From Mesotaenium endlicherianum (lineage: Eukaryota): 64,000 nt of DNA. Shown here in pieces: positions 40,118 to 50,233 of the stretch. The position numbers and the translations under genes are program-made. How positions within the stretch are numbered: position 1 is the stretch's first letter; each line of letters begins with the position of its first letter. The notes below the pieces were generated by a model that was not told the DNA's origin, made no database searches, and saw nothing but the letters and a program-made list of their open reading frames with translations. The DNA lies in the NCBI GenBank assembly GCA_009602735.1, contig WELA01000853.1, forward strand, positions 15,947 to 79,946. The letters run 5' to 3'.

Positions 40118-41794
40118 TTAAGGGGTTGTTCCTGGGGCTTCAGGATCAGGAGACGGAGATCTGGACCTAGATCTGGACAGCCCTCTAGGTCTGTCAGCTG
40201 GCCTTCTAAAGAACCCTGTTTGCTCTAAAGTTGGCCCTCGAGGAGAACGGAGGATGGTGGCCTGCTCTTCAACCACTTGGGTGTTGATTCCCACATAGAC
40301 AGGCATTCCAGTAGGATGCTGAAATACATTGGCTAGAGGTACATGCCCCTGAGCGGAGGGGGAGGCTGGCATACCTCTGGCCCACCCGCGTGTCCCTCTT
40401 CTGGCACCCCTGTCCTCTGGGGATTTCTGTCTGTGTCTGCTGCCCAGTACAGTCAGATCAGCTTCTTCCCCTGCTTGGGCAGGTGGGCTGGGGGAGCGAG
40501 CGCGGGGTCCAGTTGTCGCCATAACGGGGATCACATTCCACACACCTGATCGTGGTTCTTTAGGAAGTGCCACTGCCTGTCCCTGGGTATCCTGAGTACC
40601 TGCTGCTGATGCTTCTCCTCTGCCTTGTTCTTCTTCCTCATCCTCCTCATCCTCCTCCTCGGAGAGAGTAGGGGTCTCGTCCACTAAGTCGTCCTGCTCC
40701 CTAGTAGACATGGAGTAGTCTACCGACCTCCCTTTCTTAGGGCGCGCTGGAGGTTGCTTGGCCTTCAGCCTACTGATATCTATCCGGCCTGCATTCTTTG
40801 CCCATTTGACAAAGGCATGCTTTCCCTTAGAGAAGTACTCTCTTCCCCTCCTCCTATGTTCCTTGGTCTCTGCATTCATATTGCTCAGGCATCCATTCAG
40901 CCTGGGGTCCCAAGGGGCAATGTGAGGTGGTAGGATGAGATAGCCGTCTAGGCCATAGTGGAAGTCATCCGGTTGGGCTCGGTCACACTCCTGCTTCTTA
41001 TTTGTGACGGTCATCCACCTCCAGTCTGTTGGCTGCTGGTAGTACTGGGGTCCGTGCTCAGCCTTCCTCAGTTTACACGGGAACCAGTGGGGAGAGAACA
41101 TCTGCTGTCCTGCTTCCCTGGCCAAGTACTCCCAGCTCCTTCTCTCAACTTCATTGTAAGCTGGCAGGAGTGTGAGGTAGAATACCGTATCCTTAAAGCT
41201 ATCGGGCCGCATGCTCACCATCCGGATGAGTCTCTGATCTCCCACTATTCCCGGTATGGGGACCGGCTTGTCCTCTGAATCATCTGCGAGATACCGGGCC
41301 TGCTCTGCTGTATAGCCCACCATCTTAGCATAATCTTCGTAAAGGACCACGCCGGTGTGTGTCTCGATGTACCTGTCCAGTGCTGTAGCTCCTTCCTTCT
41401 GTAGCAGTGTTGTCTGTTCCAGCCTGTTGATCTCCTGGGCTGCCAGCAATGCTTCCTTCAGGTTATCGAAGTTTTGGCCACCCACCACAGTATACCTGTA
41501 AGTGGCCAAGCTCTTCTGTCTGTCCGCTTCAATCTTTTTTCTTTTCTCCTCTTCTGCCGCTGCCGCTTCTTCTTGCTGTTTCTTCTGTCTCTCCTCCTCA
41601 GCCTTCCTGAGGTTTTCCGCTTCCTGATCCTTCTTCCTCTGTGCCTCTTCTGCCGCCTCTTGTTGTTTGCGGACCCTTTCTTGTTCTCTCCTGGTGAGGG
41701 ACGTCGCCGCCAGCTCCTTCTGGTATTGCTCCATTGTCCTCCTGGCTTCTTCTGCCTTGCGCTTTCTGTCCTCCTTTTGTGTGGTGGGCGCCAT
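40118..41794 (-). CDS. E2 ORF3: accessory protein of unknown function (~558 aa from ATG 41794)
   Basis: Intact ORF inside the element in sense orientation. N-terminal E/K/Q/R coiled coil, central aromatic-rich globular domain, acidic and SR-rich tail. Homologous to the E3 ORF3 remnants. Confidence 0.88.
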   Translation of the reverse strand: MAPTTQKEDRKRKAEEARRTMEQYQKELAATSLTRREQERVRKQQEAAEEAQRKKDQEAENLRKAEEERQKKQQEEAAAAEEEKRKKIEADRQKSLATYRYTVVGGQNFDNLKEALLAAQEINRLEQTTLLQKEGATALDRYIETHTGVVLYEDYAKMVGYTAEQARYLADDSEDKPVPIPGIVGDQRLIRMVSMRPDSFKDTVFYLTLLPAYNEVERRSWEYLAREAGQQMFSPHWFPCKLRKAEHGPQYYQQPTDWRWMTVTNKKQECDRAQPDDFHYGLDGYLILPPHIAPWDPRLNGCLSNMNAETKEHRRRGREYFSKGKHAFVKWAKNAGRIDISRLKAKQPPARPKKGRSVDYSMSTREQDDLVDETPTLSEEEDEEDEEEEQGRGEASAAGTQDTQGQAVALPKEPRSGVWNVIPVMATTGPRARSPSPPAQAGEEADLTVLGSRHRQKSPEDRGARRGTRGWARGMPASPSAQGHVPLANVFQHPTGMPVYVGINTQVVEEQATILRSPRGPTLEQTGFFRRPADRPRGLSRSRSRSPSPDPEAPGTTP

Positions 41795-42061
41795 CCTGCA
41801 CATGTAACCAGGGCACAAGTTAGTAGGATATGGACCTTTGTCATAGGGATTGCAGGAAGTATGTTAGTATTTAGTATAGTGGCTTCGCTGCTGTTTACCT
41901 TACAGGATGATTGCTAAAAGTTGACGTAGTTGCGATGCGCTACACATAAACGTATGAGTGTGTTTTTATCGCTCTCGCTCACTAACTGTCATATATTTTC
42001 CCCTCCAACTTAAATGGAGACAGGACCGCCTGTCACCTTCCCGTGTCAACTGAAATGACAG

Positions 42062-45000
42062 TTATGGAGGGACTCCAGCGGCCCGAAGGTGGAACCGTGT
42101 CAACGCCCCTTTGGCATTGGTCAAGTGGTCCTTAAACTCCCAAGTGTCCCCAGAGGCATCGTAACCCTTCCATCGAATGAGGTATTTCATGACATATTTA
42201 GACGATCGACGGACCGAGCGAGCGTCTAAAATCTCATCGACCTCATATTCCTCAGGGTCGCCGTCCCGGACAGCGGGGACCGGTCCCGGTTGGACAGGGA
42301 ACCGACCTGTGAACAGTGTATCACCTTTGATGTACGGTTCCAGGAAGGAGACATTAAAGACCGGGTGCCCCTTGTATTCAGCTGACATGTTCAGTTTGTA
42401 AGCATTCTGACCGACACGACGGACCACCGAATATGGACCGACCCAGACAGGGCCAAGCTTTTTCTTGACCACACCAGGGAGGTACAGGTGCTGAGAATGC
42501 AGTTTGACTAAATCCCCCTTGGAAAATGTCAGTTCCCGACGGTGTTGATTAGCGTATTTTTGTTGGTTTTCTTGGGCCGTGTGCAAGTTTCGTTGGACTT
42601 CTGACAGGGTGTCAGCAAACTCCTGAGTTAACTGGAGGGAGACCGGGTTGTCAATCCCTTCAGGGTGAGTTAAAGATTCCCCTAGCACATCTAGAGGAGA
42701 CTTAGGGACTCTACCCAGGCTGAGTTCAAAAGGAGTTTTGCCCGTTGACGCGTGCACCGCACTGTTGACCGCAAACTGAATTTGAGGCAACAGGTCATCC
42801 CAATTATCTTGTTTTTGGTTAATATATGCTCTCAGCACCTCCTGCAGAACTCGGTTAGTTCTTTCAGTCTGCCCATCAGTCTGAGGGTGGTTTGCTGTGC
42901 TGAGCAGCTGTTTGACTCCCATTAACCCCATTAAAGCTCTCCAGAACTTAGAGGTGAATTTTGAGTCTCTGTCTGAGATGATATTAGAAGGGAGCCCATG
43001 TTGGCATACTACATGGTTGTAAAACTGTCTCGCTGTTTCGAGTGCAGTCACTTTGACAGTTGTGGGGATAAAAATGACCATTTTTGTCAGTTTATCCACG
43101 ACTACCAGTATTGAATCATGCCCGTTGGCAGTTCTTGGTAGTGAGACCACCCAGTCCATGGATATAGTTTCCCAGCGTCCCGCTGGGATGGGTAGCGGTT
43201 GCAAGAGACCTCCGGGTGGTGTGTGCCGAGACTTATTTCTCTGACACTGGTCACAGGACTTGACATATTTCAAGACCTCCCGGGGTAACCCCTCCCAATG
43301 ATAATGTTTTGCCAGTTTGCCAACAGTTTTGGCCTGCCCCAAATGTCCACCCAGGAGACTGTCATGAGCTTGACTCAGTAAGAGAGACCTTATTTCCAAG
43401 TTATTAGGAATGACCAGCTTCAGCCTGCCTGAAGTGGTTTCAGTCACCCAGACCCCTCCCTTGAGCTTATACCCGAGTGCAGTAGCACGACACACACCAG
43501 TAGTGGGGCTGGGCTCAAATGTTGGGTCAGAAAGGTAGGCTTTCCTAAGTTGTTCAAGGAAGGACTTTTTCACCTTTAGTGAAGTGAGTGCACACAGGAC
43601 TTTATCTACAGCATGCTGACTAAAGTTCCTTTCTTGCAAGTCAGGTCTTCTAGAGAGTGCATCAGCAGGATTCAACTTCCCTGGTTTGTAGTCGATCTGG
43701 ACTTGGAACTGCTCCAGCATCTGGCTCCAGCGGTTCTCCCTCCTCGACAGCTTGGACTTCTTCTGAAAGTGGGTCAGAGCTAGATGATCTGTAATCACCT
43801 TAAAAGCTTTACCATGTAAGTATGCTCTCCACTGTTTGAGTACATGAATGATAGCTAGCAGCTCTTTATCATGCACTGAGTAATTAATCTCCGCTGGATT
43901 AAATTTCATAGACTCATACAACACAGGATGCCACTCCTGCCGTACCTTACCATCCTTTGTGGTTTTGTCAGCAGGCTGCAACAAAATAGCACCCATGGCA
44001 AAATCAGAGGCATCAGTAACCACCTGCACCGGTTTGCTGGGGTCATACACGGCTAGCACTGGGGCAGAACAAAGGGCATCTTTAAGGGTCTGGAAGGCAG
44101 CCTGCTGCTCTTCCCCCCACACATACCCGATGTCTTTCTTAGTAAGGTCAGTCAGTTTACTGGCCTTTGTGGAATAATTCTCAATAAATCTCCTATAGTA
44201 GTTAGCCAACCCGAGGAAGGATCTAACTTCAGAGACAGACTGTGGTACTGGCCAGTCCCTTATGGTCTGGACTTTCTTAGGATCCACACTGATGCCCTCT
44301 TTACTGACAACGTGGCCTAAGAATTCAATACTTTCCTTAAAGAAATCACACTTGCTCATTTTAGCATACAAGTGATTTTTCCGCAGAGTGTCCAGCACTT
44401 TCTTTAAGTGTTCAGTGTGCTGAGCTTCATCTTTAGAGAAAATTAAAATATCATCCAGGAAAACTTGCACAAACTTATCCAAATAAGGTCTGAAAATGTC
44501 ATTCATAGCACCCATAAAGGTAGCAGGAGCATTAGTCAGTCCAAATGGCATCACGTTGAACTCATAGTGTCCATAACGTGTGCGGAAAGCAGTCTTGTGT
44601 TCATCCCCCTCAGCAATTCTGATTTGATGATAACCACTCTTGAGATCTATCTTACTGAACACCTTAGCGCCAGACAGGGTATCAAGCAAGTCCTCGATTC
44701 TGGGTAAAGCATACTTGTTCTTTACTGTAATTCTGTTCAGGGCTCTGTAATCCACACACATCCGCATACTGCCATCCTTTTTCTTAACAAATAGGATAGG
44801 TGCGCCGTACGGTGATTTACTGGGAGAAATGTAACCATTTTCCTCCAGCTCTGCAATCTGTGTTTTCAACTCCTCGCTCTCCAAATAAGACAAGCCATAA
44901 GTGCGTTGCCAGGGTGGCTGGCTACCAGGTAATAGATCAATCCTATGATCTACTTCCCTTTTAGGGGGTAGTCCTGGAGGCATGTTAAACACATCAGTGT

Positions 45001-45871
45001 ACTGAGCAACAATTTTTGCAGCAGTAGGGTGCTCCGGAGGGCTTACCTTTTTCTCAACCACTTCTTCAGGTTGAGGAGGTACCTCTCTTAGCAGCAGACA
45101 GAACATTCTGTCTTCCTTCTGGTTCCAGCTTTTGACGAACTCCATTGCATTCAGCAACTTGCATCCTTCTGGAAGCCTCTTCTTTTCCTTCATTTGCCAT
45201 CCACACAGGACAAGAGGAAGAGCACTGGTGGGTGCCAAGTCAGTCTGCCCATCACTGGCTCCTCTCACTTTAACTGTACCTCTGCTCCAACACACTTCAG
45301 CTTGATGTCTATTAAGCCAGGACCTGCCTAGCACGAGATCATAAAAGCCAGTGTTGAGTACCTCAAATGTAAGCGTTTCAGTTAGAACTGCAATGCCAGA
45401 ACCTAACTGGACCTCAATAGGCTTGGTTATAACTCCTCCCGGGATACTTGAGGCATCTCCAAGGAATATTTTTCTATTCCCTTGGGTGACAGTAGGCAGC
45501 CTTAGCCGCTTAACTAAGTCCTTGTGGATAAAAGTATGTGACGCCCCTCCGTCAACAAATGCCCTCACCTTCCTACCTGCAATCATGCAATGCAGTAGGA
45601 TAGGGGGGACTGTCTTTTCCTGACTTTCGCATTGTTCTCCTGACGTAGCAAAGAAATGTTGGACATCAGGTGGAACAAGAGCATCCAGAGTGTGCACTCT
45701 CTGGACGTCTATATTACTGATGGTCTCCTTTATCTGTTTGTCAGGCATGCATAGTGAATCCAGTTCAGCAGGACCCATAATACCTGCTACGAGGGCAGCT
45801 AGTGACGACTCACTATCTCTAGCATCCTCACAGTCAGTAGACTGGATTACTGACTGTTGCTGTCTTTTAAA
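42062..45871 (-). CDS. pol: E2 Pol (PR-RT-RH-IN-chromodomain), via -1 frameshift
   Basis: [54 protein letters not shown]...YLIRWKGY...DTW. The frame is open up to the slippery site. Confidence 0.96.
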   Translation of the reverse strand, partial: FKRQQQSVIQSTDCEDARDSESSLAALVAGIMGPAELDSLCMPDKQIKETISNIDVQRVHTLDALVPPDVQHFFATSGEQCESQEKTVPPILLHCMIAGRKVRAFVDGGASHTFIHKDLVKRLRLPTVTQGNRKIFLGDASSIPGGVITKPIEVQLGSGIAVLTETLTFEVLNTGFYDLVLGRSWLNRHQAEVCWSRGTVKVRGASDGQTDLAPTSALPLVLCGWQMKEKKRLPEGCKLLNAMEFVKSWNQKEDRMFCLLLREVPPQPEEVVEKKVSPPEHPTAAKIVAQYTDVFNMPPGLPPKREVDHRIDLLPGSQPPWQRTYGLSYLESEELKTQIAELEENGYISPSKSPYGAPILFVKKKDGSMRMCVDYRALNRITVKNKYALPRIEDLLDTLSGAKVFSKIDLKSGYHQIRIAEGDEHKTAFRTRYGHYEFNVMPFGLTNAPATFMGAMNDIFRPYLDKFVQVFLDDILIFSKDEAQHTEHLKKVLDTLRKNHLYAKMSKCDFFKESIEFLGHVVSKEGISVDPKKVQTIRDWPVPQSVSEVRSFLGLANYYRRFIENYSTKASKLTDLTKKDIGYVWGEEQQAAFQTLKDALCSAPVLAVYDPSKPVQVVTDASDFAMGAILLQPADKTTKDGKVRQEWHPVLYESMKFNPAEINYSVHDKELLAIIHVLKQWRAYLHGKAFKVITDHLALTHFQKKSKLSRRENRWSQMLEQFQVQIDYKPGKLNPADALSRRPDLQERNFSQHAVDKVLCALTSLKVKKSFLEQLRKAYLSDPTFEPSPTTGVCRATALGYKLKGGVWVTETTSGRLKLVIPNNLEIRSLLLSQAHDSLLGGHLGQAKTVGKLAKHYHWEGLPREVLKYVKSCDQCQRNKSRHTPPGGLLQPLPIPAGRWETISMDWVVSLPRTANGHDSILVVVDKLTKMVIFIPTTVKVTALETARQFYNHVVCQHGLPSNIISDRDSKFTSKFWRALMGLMGVKQLLSTANHPQTDGQTERTNRVLQEVLRAYINQKQDNWDDLLPQIQFAVNSAVHASTGKTPFELSLGRVPKSPLDVLGESLTHPEGIDNPVSLQLTQEFADTLSEVQRNLHTAQENQQKYANQHRRELTFSKGDLVKLHSQHLYLPGVVKKKLGPVWVGPYSVVRRVGQNAYKLNMSAEYKGHPVFNVSFLEPYIKGDTLFTGRFPVQPGPVPAVRDGDPEEYEVDEILDARSVRRSSKYVMKYLIRWKGYDASGDTWEFKDHLTNAKGALTRFHLRAAGVPP
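45830..45871 (-). promoter_or_regulatory. E2 -1 frameshift signal
   Basis: T TTA AAA (45871-45865), a 7-nt spacer, then a perfect 10-bp stem ACAGTCAGTA/TACTGACTGT (45857-45830). The -1 frame reads [10 protein letters not shown]...GIMGPAEL into pol. Confidence 0.85.
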
Positions 45872-47325
45872 GGCTGGTCTTTTCTCTCGACCTTAGGCAG
45901 GTGCTTGACCGGACACTGTTCTCTGTAGTGGCCTTTCTGCTGACAATGGTAGCAAGTAGATTTTGCTGAGGCTGGTCTCGGCTTAGTCCTACCACCACCC
46001 CTTCCATAGCCACCTCGAGAGGGACCACCTCTACCTCTAGACTGAATAGCATTGTACTCATACTCATATTCATCACCCTGATTATCCTCAGCCTGGTCTC
46101 CTTCAACTGCATTGTAGGAACCGTGGGGCTTTTTGACAATCTTAGACACCAAAGCGTTACTCTGGCGCTTGTGATTGAACTGCTGCTGATCCCAGGCGTC
46201 AGCATCCTGGATCAAGTCAGCCAGTTTCTCATACTTTTTCTCAGCAAAATGACCAGAGACCTCGGATTTCAAGCCATACCTGAAGTATGCTATCCTATAC
46301 CGTTCTGGCAAATCAGGCTGCTTCATCATGTTCTCTTGGAACTTTTGAGCAAACTCAGCAACTGAAGTGGTCTGCTTCAGTGTCAGGGAGATCATCGCAT
46401 AGATAGCTTTCTCCTGCTGGTTGATGACATCAAACTTCTCATGCAACTTCTCGACAAACTCTACCCACGTAGGGTCACCGAGTTGCCGAGCCTTACGCTC
46501 TTCCTTCCAGTAAAGCCACCAGTCTGCGGCACTGCCTTTCAGTAGCGCACCGGTGTGCCTGACCTTCTCGTAATCTTGCAGTTCTGGGTAGTTCTCCAGC
46601 CACTGCTCAACATCCGCGAGAAACTTGATCAGGTAATATTTTCTGTTTCCCTCAGGATCATAGTCCTGGGGAGGTTTCGGCTTGGGCTTACTAGGCCCTC
46701 GGCCACCACCACTAGTGGTGTGAGACCCCAGTTGGTCTCTGTCCCGGAGTAGGGACATTATGATTCTTTTGTCCTCCTGCTGGGACTGATACATGGTCGC
46801 CATTTGCGACTGCATCTGAACGAACAATGCTCCCAAGTCTACATTTTGGGGTGGTAGATTAGCAAATGCAGCAGCAGCATTGGCATCTACTCGCTGAGTA
46901 GTGTCCTCAACAATCCCTCTTGCTCCTGCAGCAGCAATTCCTGCCGCATTCAGCCGGTCACGTATTTGACCTAGGGGTACATTGAGTTGTACGGCAGGAG
47001 GTGGGTTCAGAACATTGGCCCTTGATGCCATAAGTTCTTCAACAGTGCGCTCGTCAGCTGGCTGTCCTTCCCTCCTTTGTATATCTTCAGCGGCCTTTGC
47101 TACTTGTTCAGCTTCTAGTCTGGCTATCTCCTCCTCAGCTTGCTGAGCTGCGACTGAGGCAATAGCAGCTGCCTCATCTGCAGCCTCCCTAGCTGCAGTA
47201 TCCGCTACTGCTTCCGAATAGGTACGGTTTCCCGCTACATGGCTTTCCGCCTGGTTTTCGACATTCTCGTTATCCTGGTTCTCCATGTCTCGGGAGTTGC
47301 TAGTTTGAGACCTTGTCCTTACCAT
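45847..47325 (-). CDS. gag: E2 Gag
   Basis: MVRTRSQ start, [23 protein letters not shown]-rich stretch and [14 protein letters not shown] knuckle. Confidence 0.95.
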   Translation of the reverse strand: MVRTRSQTSNSRDMENQDNENVENQAESHVAGNRTYSEAVADTAAREAADEAAAIASVAAQQAEEEIARLEAEQVAKAAEDIQRREGQPADERTVEELMASRANVLNPPPAVQLNVPLGQIRDRLNAAGIAAAGARGIVEDTTQRVDANAAAAFANLPPQNVDLGALFVQMQSQMATMYQSQQEDKRIIMSLLRDRDQLGSHTTSGGGRGPSKPKPKPPQDYDPEGNRKYYLIKFLADVEQWLENYPELQDYEKVRHTGALLKGSAADWWLYWKEERKARQLGDPTWVEFVEKLHEKFDVINQQEKAIYAMISLTLKQTTSVAEFAQKFQENMMKQPDLPERYRIAYFRYGLKSEVSGHFAEKKYEKLADLIQDADAWDQQQFNHKRQSNALVSKIVKKPHGSYNAVEGDQAEDNQGDEYEYEYNAIQSRGRGGPSRGGYGRGGGRTKPRPASAKSTCYHCQQKGHYREQCPVKHLPKVERKDQPLKDSNSQ

Positions 47326-48104
47326 ACAAAGAAGACTGTGATAACTGCTCCGATACCACTGAAATGAATCGACTTACCAAATAGGCGATTAACAATTAAT
47401 AAAGATCTTTATATCAGCAAGTAATCTTTATGGTATTTCCGTTAACTAGTTAAACGGCAAAGGACAATACACTAGCAGGGAATAATACTCGTAAGTCAAA
47501 TGCGAGTAAACTAGCATCAATAATGCAAATCAGTAAACTCATACATAAGCAAGGTTAGAAGACAGTGCGTATCAATGGCTTCTCGCCTTGGATTCAGATC
47601 TCTCTCAGTAAGCTGTACAAGAGAGTTGGCCTCGTTTCCGAATGCCGAACTCGAGAGCAATGCCTAGCATATGTACATGGAATGAGTTTACTGTTCAACG
47701 GTCAGTGCGATGGCACCGCCTACCCGGGAGTTAACCACGTTGGTAGGACCTCGGTTAACCAAATCCACCGCCATCTCCCATCATCCCGAATAGCCATCCA
47801 TCATGGGGATGTCATCTGGCCATTCCTCTAGCAGGTGGTACTTAGATGCATATCAAGGCAGTTCGCTGCTACCGAGCACGGAAGTCAGCTGGCTGTCAAA
47901 GAATGTGTCAGCAAGCTGACTTAAGTTGACTTCAGCCTGCTGCTTTTGGCCGAGTCATTAAACTGATAATTATGTAAAGTCCAGCAGACTGATTATTAAC
48001 TAAAGTTCAGCAGGCTGACTACTAACTAAAGTTCAGCAGGCTGAACTAAATTAACTATTATATTTAAATGAATATTATATCTACTAATATACTGATTCAT
48101 TACA

Positions 48105-49008
48105 ATTAATCATACAATCAATAAACTCATACATAAACAAGGTTAGTAAGTAGTTCGTGCAACGGCTTGCAGACTTATATTCAAATATTGTCTCAATAGT
48201 ATGTACAAAGAGTTGGCCTTCTTTTCGAATACCAAATTCCGTATTAATACCTAGCATATGTACATGGAAAGAGTTATACTGTTCATCGGGTAGTGCGATG
48301 GCACTGCCTACCTGGGAGTTAACTACGTCGGCAAGACCATGGCTAACCAAGTCCACAGCCATCTCCCATTATTCCAAATTGCCATCCGCCTAAGGCGTCA
48401 TTAGGCCATTCATCTAGCATATTACACTTAGATGCATCATTAGACGGTTCGCTAGTATCGCTTGAAAGTTGAGGTGATCAGCTGAGTGTCAAAGAATGCG
48501 TCAGCAAGCAGATCTAAGTTGACTTCAGCTAACTGTCTTTAGCAGAGTCATCACACTAAATAAAAGTTTAAGTCCAGCAGACTGAGTATTAACCGAAGTT
48601 TAGCAAATTGGACTTAATTAAGTACTGCATTTAATTGAATCATTATATCTAACAATTTACAAATAAATTACAGGAAGTAATGCTCACAAGTCAAATGCTA
48701 GTAGGGAGCATCATTCATGCAATCACTATACTCATTCATACAAGAGGCTAATAAACTATTCTTGTAACGGCTTGCAGCCTTGGATTTTGATATTCCCTCA
48801 GCAGTTTGTACAGAGAGTTGGCCTTGTTTTTAAACGCCAAACACAATAGCAATCTTAGCATATGTACATGGAAAGAGTTCTACTGTTCAACGGCAATTAC
48901 GATGGCACCGTTTGGAGTTAATAAGGTTGGTAAGACCTTGGCTAATCAAATTTACAGCCATCTCCCATCATCTCAAATCGCCATCCGCCTAAGGCATCAT
49001 CTGGCCTA
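48105..49008 (-). repeat. Decayed E2-family LTR remnants (one continues from ~39145-39285 across the E2 insertion; a second partial copy follows at ~48673-49008)
   Basis: Collinear similarity to the E2 LTR (AGCATATGTACATGGAA, GCCATCTCCCAT, TGTCAAAGAATG). Confidence 0.8.
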
Positions 49009-50233
49009 GCGAGCACGCGCGATCGTCACAAAGCCTGCATGTAGGCTGAGTGACGCAGTATAATTTAAGGAATGCAGTGGCACCAACGAGGAAGAGCATG
49101 CATGCATGCGAGTATGACGAAGTCAACGGCAATCTCGAAAGGGGCTAGCTTGCGTGGTGCCTGTGATAGGCATCAGCCACGCACACTCTACCCTCATTCT
49201 ACTCACATTTTTCTGCCAGGTCCAAGAAGACAAAGGTAAGAAGGAGAGAGAGAAGACAGAAGAAGAAAAAAGGCGCAAAGAAGAATAGAAGGAACTCCTA
49301 AGAAGGCAAGACGACAAGTTTTCGTCTACGTTGAAGATTCCTGCTTATGTCTCACACTTTGTAGCTAAGAAAAGTTAGGACTCATGAGTTCCCAAAAAGG
49401 GATTTTCACTTGAAAGATTTAAAAAGCTTGCAGATAGGATGTGCTAGGAAATCATAGCACAGTTGAACCAACCACCACAAGCGTGTGAAGAGCACATAAA
49501 ATGGTGAGTGCTGTGTTAGTGTCCAAGTTCTCAGAAGTCTCAATTGCCGGATTGATGGAAGCAAGAGCAGAGTTAGCAAGACTAGAACTCTCAGTGGAGA
49601 ACTGAGTGAGCTCAGCCAGCAGTGAAGAATCGTTAGGTGCGACTTTGAGGGGAAGACTCAAGCCAACCCAGAATACATGCTATAATTTTTTATTTTTGTA
49701 AGCTGTGAGTCTGTGACTGTGAAAATTAAGCGTAAATCCTGGTGGGCAAATTCTTTGAAACTAAGTGCTAACTCTCTCACTGACTGATGCTAGTGCAGGA
49801 TGACCAAAAATTGGTCAGCCACAGGCAACCTGCCATCGACACACGTGCGAAGGTCAAACGACAAGGTAGATCCCACACATGCAAGAATACATCGACCAGT
49901 CGACCAAGCAGTGCATACACGCGTGAAGAGCCACCGACATATCGACCACACGTCCGCAAAATCATCACACGTGCCCTGACCTCAATACGGCTAGGCACGA
50001 CATGATGTAAACTGTTTATGAACCCAGTATGAGTAGGGCAATCAATTTATACGTAATTTATGTCGTACGATTGTTCGGCGTATCACAATTCGTACTGTGC
50101 GGCTAAAAGATATTGTACGAGCAAATTTCAAAATTAGACTTACTTCAATTGTGAGTATCTATTTACTTATAAAACTAATGTTCTACAAGCTAAGACATAA
50201 TGTAGATTATGCATTTTCTGAATATAATTACTA

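Larger units (their letters stand above)
39286..48104 (-). mobile_element. E2: intact Ty3/gypsy chromovirus with an extra 3' ORF
   Basis: LTRs 39286-40004 and 47360-48104 (the latter with a ~26-bp internal duplication). Perfect TSD ATTAA, PBS 47347-47358, PPT 40005-40019, open gag, pol and ORF3. Confidence 0.97.

Noticed and set aside
45540..45560. Atypical protease active site DGG in E2 (DRG in E3)
   Set aside because: The catalytic Asp and Gly are retained, and middle-position variation occurs in gypsy proteases, so this is not evidence of novelty or inactivation.
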